Origin: an uncultured Fidelibacterota bacterium
Lineage (GTDB): Bacteria; Fidelibacterota; Marinisomatia; Marinisomatales; UBA1611
Direction of reading: 5' to 3'
Length of the DNA stretch: 64,000 nt
Assembly (NCBI GenBank): GCA_913040915.1
Contig: CAJWHW010000009.1
Span: 1-64,000, forward strand
Part shown: piece after piece, positions 60,976 to 64,000 of the stretch
Position numbering within the stretch: position 1 is the stretch's first letter
How the letters are laid out: every line of letters begins with the position of its first letter
Notes under the pieces: generated by a model
What the model saw: the letters and a program-made list of their open reading frames with translations, nothing else
Told to the model about the DNA's origin: nothing
The model's database searches: none
Translations under genes and position numbers: made by a program

Positions 60976-62568
60976 TTATATGAGGCGTCGTTTCTTCGGA
61001 TCCCACTCCACGCGGCGGCCAGTCAAATAAGATTCTGTAGCCATGGCACAAGTAACAGCCTCCTGGAAGGCAACTTCCATATTACATTTAGGTTGAGTGC
61101 CACTTCGAATAGAATCAAGCCAGTCTTTAATATGAAGATGTGTCGGGTCTACCCGCTTCCCTTCTTTATATGTATAAAGCAGCCCTTTATTTGCAAAATA
61201 TTGAGAAGTTGCAGAAGTTACTCCATCTATCTGTTTTGAACCTGGTGAGTAGGTATATATGGGATATTTCGAATTAATGGCACCACTTTCTAGCCGTTCT
61301 TTATATTGAGTGGATGCTTGATCCGCCTTAACAGAAAAGCCACCTACATTACCAACATTAGATTGACCACCTAATACCATGGTTGCATCATGCCCCATGA
61401 TCCTATTGCCACGATTATCATTTGATGATAGGGTTGCGCTGTAAAGAAGCGTTAAATCCTTTTCAGGGTATTCCAAAGTTGTGTGCCAGACATCTGGCAC
61501 ATCCCTTCCATCTTTGTAGAAATAGATGCCCCCGGATGAAGATGCATATTTGGGAATCCCCAAATCCATAATCTGGTTCATGGCATCAAAATCATGTGAA
61601 AAAAGATCACCCGAAAGACCAGTACCATAATCGTACCAACACCGCCAGCGAAAGAATCGTCTCAGGGCTTCTTCGCCATAGGGGATTTTGTTTGGAGATG
61701 GTTCCTGAAATGTATCCCAGTCAAGATTCTTTTCATTGGCCTTTGGATCAATCGTCCAAACCCAGGCTCCCCAGGGAGAATTGCGGTTTGTGGTAATTTC
61801 AACAAGGTTGATTGGTCCCAGCAATCCTTTATCAATAATCTGTTTAGCTTTATAATTGGCTTCAACTTGCCTGTTTTGGTGACCAAGCTGCAGGGTAATA
61901 CCTGTCTCCTTTACAGTATCATACATGTCGACTGCTTCCTGAAAAGTACGAGTAAGCCCTTTTTCACAGTAAACATGTTTCCCTGCTTTAGCCGCATCAA
62001 TTGCAATCCTAGAATGCCAATGATCCGGTGTAGCAATAATAACTGCATCAATCTCTTCATTAGCTAGTAAATCTTTGTATTGGCGGTAACGAGTTGCTGC
62101 ACTGGATGGTTTTCCACCAGGACGAACTTCATTTTGGGATGCATCCACACCTGCTTCTGCTCGTTTATCAAATAGATCACACACACCCAATAAGGAACAA
62201 TTCAAGTCTTTCTGAGACATAAAGGTATTAAATGCCTTATCCATTTTATTTTTTTTGAAATTTTTATAAGCATTATCTGTCCACCATTTTGAAGCAAAGC
62301 CAGCCCCTCGAACCAAATGCCCACCTCGTCCACCGTAACCGATAACACCTATATTAAGATGTTTTGAATCTGTGATCTTTTTCACCACGGCCGGCGCTTT
62401 TTTTTCATCGATAAGGTCCGCCAATAAATTGGACCGCTTGATGGATTCAACTTTTATTTTCTTCCACAGATTAGCAAAGAATATTCCCAATACTGGAACA
62501 GTGGCTAATGCTTTTATGAATTCTCTTCTATTTTGGTCATTTGGTTGTTTATTTTGATTTTCACTCAT
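60976..62568 (-). CDS. Gfo/Idh/MocA family oxidoreductase with twin-Arg N-terminus
   Basis: NRREFIKALA followed by a hydrophobic stretch; IGVIGYGGRG, IATPDHWH, HVYCEK and WRCWYDYGTG motifs. Start moved to ATG 62568. Confidence 0.88.
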   Translation of the reverse strand: MSENQNKQPNDQNRREFIKALATVPVLGIFFANLWKKIKVESIKRSNLLADLIDEKKAPAVVKKITDSKHLNIGVIGYGGRGGHLVRGAGFASKWWTDNAYKNFKKNKMDKAFNTFMSQKDLNCSLLGVCDLFDKRAEAGVDASQNEVRPGGKPSSAATRYRQYKDLLANEEIDAVIIATPDHWHSRIAIDAAKAGKHVYCEKGLTRTFQEAVDMYDTVKETGITLQLGHQNRQVEANYKAKQIIDKGLLGPINLVEITTNRNSPWGAWVWTIDPKANEKNLDWDTFQEPSPNKIPYGEEALRRFFRWRCWYDYGTGLSGDLFSHDFDAMNQIMDLGIPKYASSSGGIYFYKDGRDVPDVWHTTLEYPEKDLTLLYSATLSSNDNRGNRIMGHDATMVLGGQSNVGNVGGFSVKADQASTQYKERLESGAINSKYPIYTYSPGSKQIDGVTSATSQYFANKGLLYTYKEGKRVDPTHLHIKDWLDSIRSGTQPKCNMEVAFQEAVTCAMATESYLTGRRVEWDPKKRRLI

Positions 62569-62578
62569 AAGACTTCCT

Positions 62579-63082
62579 TTAGGCGGACCGATTTTCAATA
62601 AGACGATCCAAACCAATAATATGGCTAGTTGGAAAATAGTATAGGATAAAAAGTGCACAGGCTTCGATTAAATTTTTATTCACAGTCAGATAGTTTCCTT
62701 CTCCTGCTTTGGAATATTCCAACCCAATCAATGGTGGGGCAAATAAATAATATAATAGGATTAGAACCATACCACAGATGGCTGCATATCGAGAAAATAA
62801 TCCCAGCATGAGGCATAAGCCAACCAGAGTTAAACCCCACATATTCACAAAATCTGAAATGGTCAGTAAAGTTGGATCAGAAACGATGGTTTTGGCCCAT
62901 TCAGAAAAAATCCATTTTGAATCCAAAAGGTAGCCTATGGATGACCAGTAAGGGTTCAGGACTTTGGATAATCCTTCATAAAGGATATGCCATCCAATCA
63001 GTAAACGAAGAGCAACCAATCCATAAAACTGTGCATTATTCAAGGTAATGTTTGGCGAAATGGAGTGCAGTTTTTCGTTCAT
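62579..63082 (-). CDS. DoxX family membrane protein
   Basis: LRLLIGWHILYEGLSK, GLCLMLGLFSR, VNKNLIE and GLDRL motifs. Start ATG 63082. Confidence 0.85.
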   Translation of the reverse strand: MNEKLHSISPNITLNNAQFYGLVALRLLIGWHILYEGLSKVLNPYWSSIGYLLDSKWIFSEWAKTIVSDPTLLTISDFVNMWGLTLVGLCLMLGLFSRYAAICGMVLILLYYLFAPPLIGLEYSKAGEGNYLTVNKNLIEACALFILYYFPTSHIIGLDRLIENRSA

Positions 63083-63289
63083 TTTTTCTTCCAATATTTT
63101 AATTGTTAAAATAAATCAGAGCCCAAGCATAACTGAAAACTATTTCAGAATCAATACTGGTTTTCAGGGAATATTCAGAATGACCTATAAAATAATTATA
63201 CCTTTTAATTAGTATGGTTCCTTCCCAAAATCAAAACCAATTTCTTATAGAGAAAATTGTAGGTATAATTATAGTTAAGAGAATTTCAA

Positions 63290-63592
63290 TTGGCTAAGAA
63301 ATATTGGAATAAATATTATGCAAACCATCACAACTTAGAAGAACCAATAAGTTTTACTAAATCAATAATTAAACTTGTACCGGAGAATTGTAAAATGATG
63401 GAATTGGGTTGGGGCAATGGTAGAGACTCATTTTATTTTGCAAGAATGGGACATTCTCTGTGGGCTTGTGTTCAATATGACGTAATCATTAATACATTAC
63501 CAACTCTTAAAAATAATTCACCACATTTTTATATTAATTATATCAGGGATATAAAAACTATTCCTGATATGAAATTTGATAGAGTATATTGA
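63290..63592 (+). pseudogene. Truncated, degenerate class I SAM-dependent methyltransferase
   Basis: YWNKYY..S.F..MELGWGNGRDSFYFA resembles motif I (usually ELGCGNGRD). The ORF stops at FDRVY after 100 aa, before the rest of the fold. Confidence 0.6.
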
Positions 63593-63644
63593 TCTAAATA
63601 AATTTATTCTGATGGTTCAGATGGGACCAGTTTAGAAATCAATG

Positions 63645-64000
63645 CTATAAAAACTTTGGAATCACCATTCCTGTCTTCTTTTTATATTCGGCCCACTCCG
63701 GGTAACGAGACATAGATGCCTCTTTTTGAAGAATATTTACCAGAAAAACAGCAATCCAGACCCAAGCTAGAATAGCCCAGGGAATCCAGTGCTGCACAAT
63801 AAGAGCATAGGATCCATAGAGCATGATTTCGCCAAGATAATTGGGGTGGCGTATATATTTAAATAGGCCTTCTCGAATAAGACCAGATCGATATTTTAGT
63901 GTAAAATATTTCTGACTATCAGCTGTCATCATGATAACCACACCAAGAGTATGGATACAGATTGCAGTAGTCAGGATTGGTAAACTCGCTATTTTCTGAT
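63645..64000 (-). CDS. DUF1295/ICMT-like membrane protein (5' end outside the window)
   Basis: ADSQKY and GLFKYIRHPNYLGE motifs. The frame is open to the window edge. Confidence 0.8.
   Translation of the reverse strand, partial: QKIASLPILTTAICIHTLGVVIMMTADSQKYFTLKYRSGLIREGLFKYIRHPNYLGEIMLYGSYALIVQHWIPWAILAWVWIAVFLVNILQKEASMSRYPEWAEYKKKTGMVIPKFL

Noticed and set aside
1126..62557. The many 60-140 aa track ORFs antisense to or nested in long genes (e.g. 4844-5182, 29513-29851, 45137-45553, 47586-48014)
   Set aside because: They overlap well-supported conserved genes and have no recognisable motifs, so they are best explained as shadow ORFs.
63590..63601. TGA ending the methyltransferase fragment as possible selenocysteine or readthrough
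   Set aside because: An in-frame TAA follows after only two more sense codons, and no continuation of the fold is visible.
1..64000. CRISPR arrays, tRNA/rRNA genes, transposases, integrases and riboswitches
   Set aside because: None were recognised by eye, and the intergenic gaps are short and AT-rich. A covariance-model search (Infernal/Rfam, tRNAscan-SE) would be needed to exclude small RNAs formally.

Overview
An AT-rich, densely coding bacterial chromosome segment. The host is probably a non-Bacteroidota member of the FCB group, such as Marinimicrobia/Marinisomatota. That placement is my inference: type IX secretion (T9SS) components and Bacteroidota-like enzymes occur together with ordinary Shine-Dalgarno sites and TTGACA-type promoters. 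Most of the window is housekeeping: lapAB-miaB, serA and aconitase, an mraZ-to-ftsZ dcw cluster, rpmB, dusB, pruA-arcC-sucCD-ndk, yceD-rpmF-plsX-fabHDG-acpP-fabF-rnc, and sugar-phosphate/isoprenoid genes. Three parts stand out. (1) A four-gene minus-strand module at 31251-34487 encodes a lamin-tail-domain T9SS cargo protein, a 58-aa micro-protein absent from the ORF track (signal peptide, about 12 residues, then a PVGG-TM-basic exosortase-type sorting signal), an exosortase with intact Cys/Arg/His, and a membrane protein with no conventional start codon. (2) A PorU-like C25 T9SS sortase at about 8.2-12 kb has no porV beside it. (3) A DoxX/Gfo-Idh-MocA/MFS/DUF1080/isomerase operon resembles the oxidative (3-keto) glycoside cleavage pathway. 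I saw no rRNA, tRNA, CRISPR array or transposase. All calls come from motif recognition by eye; no database search was run.
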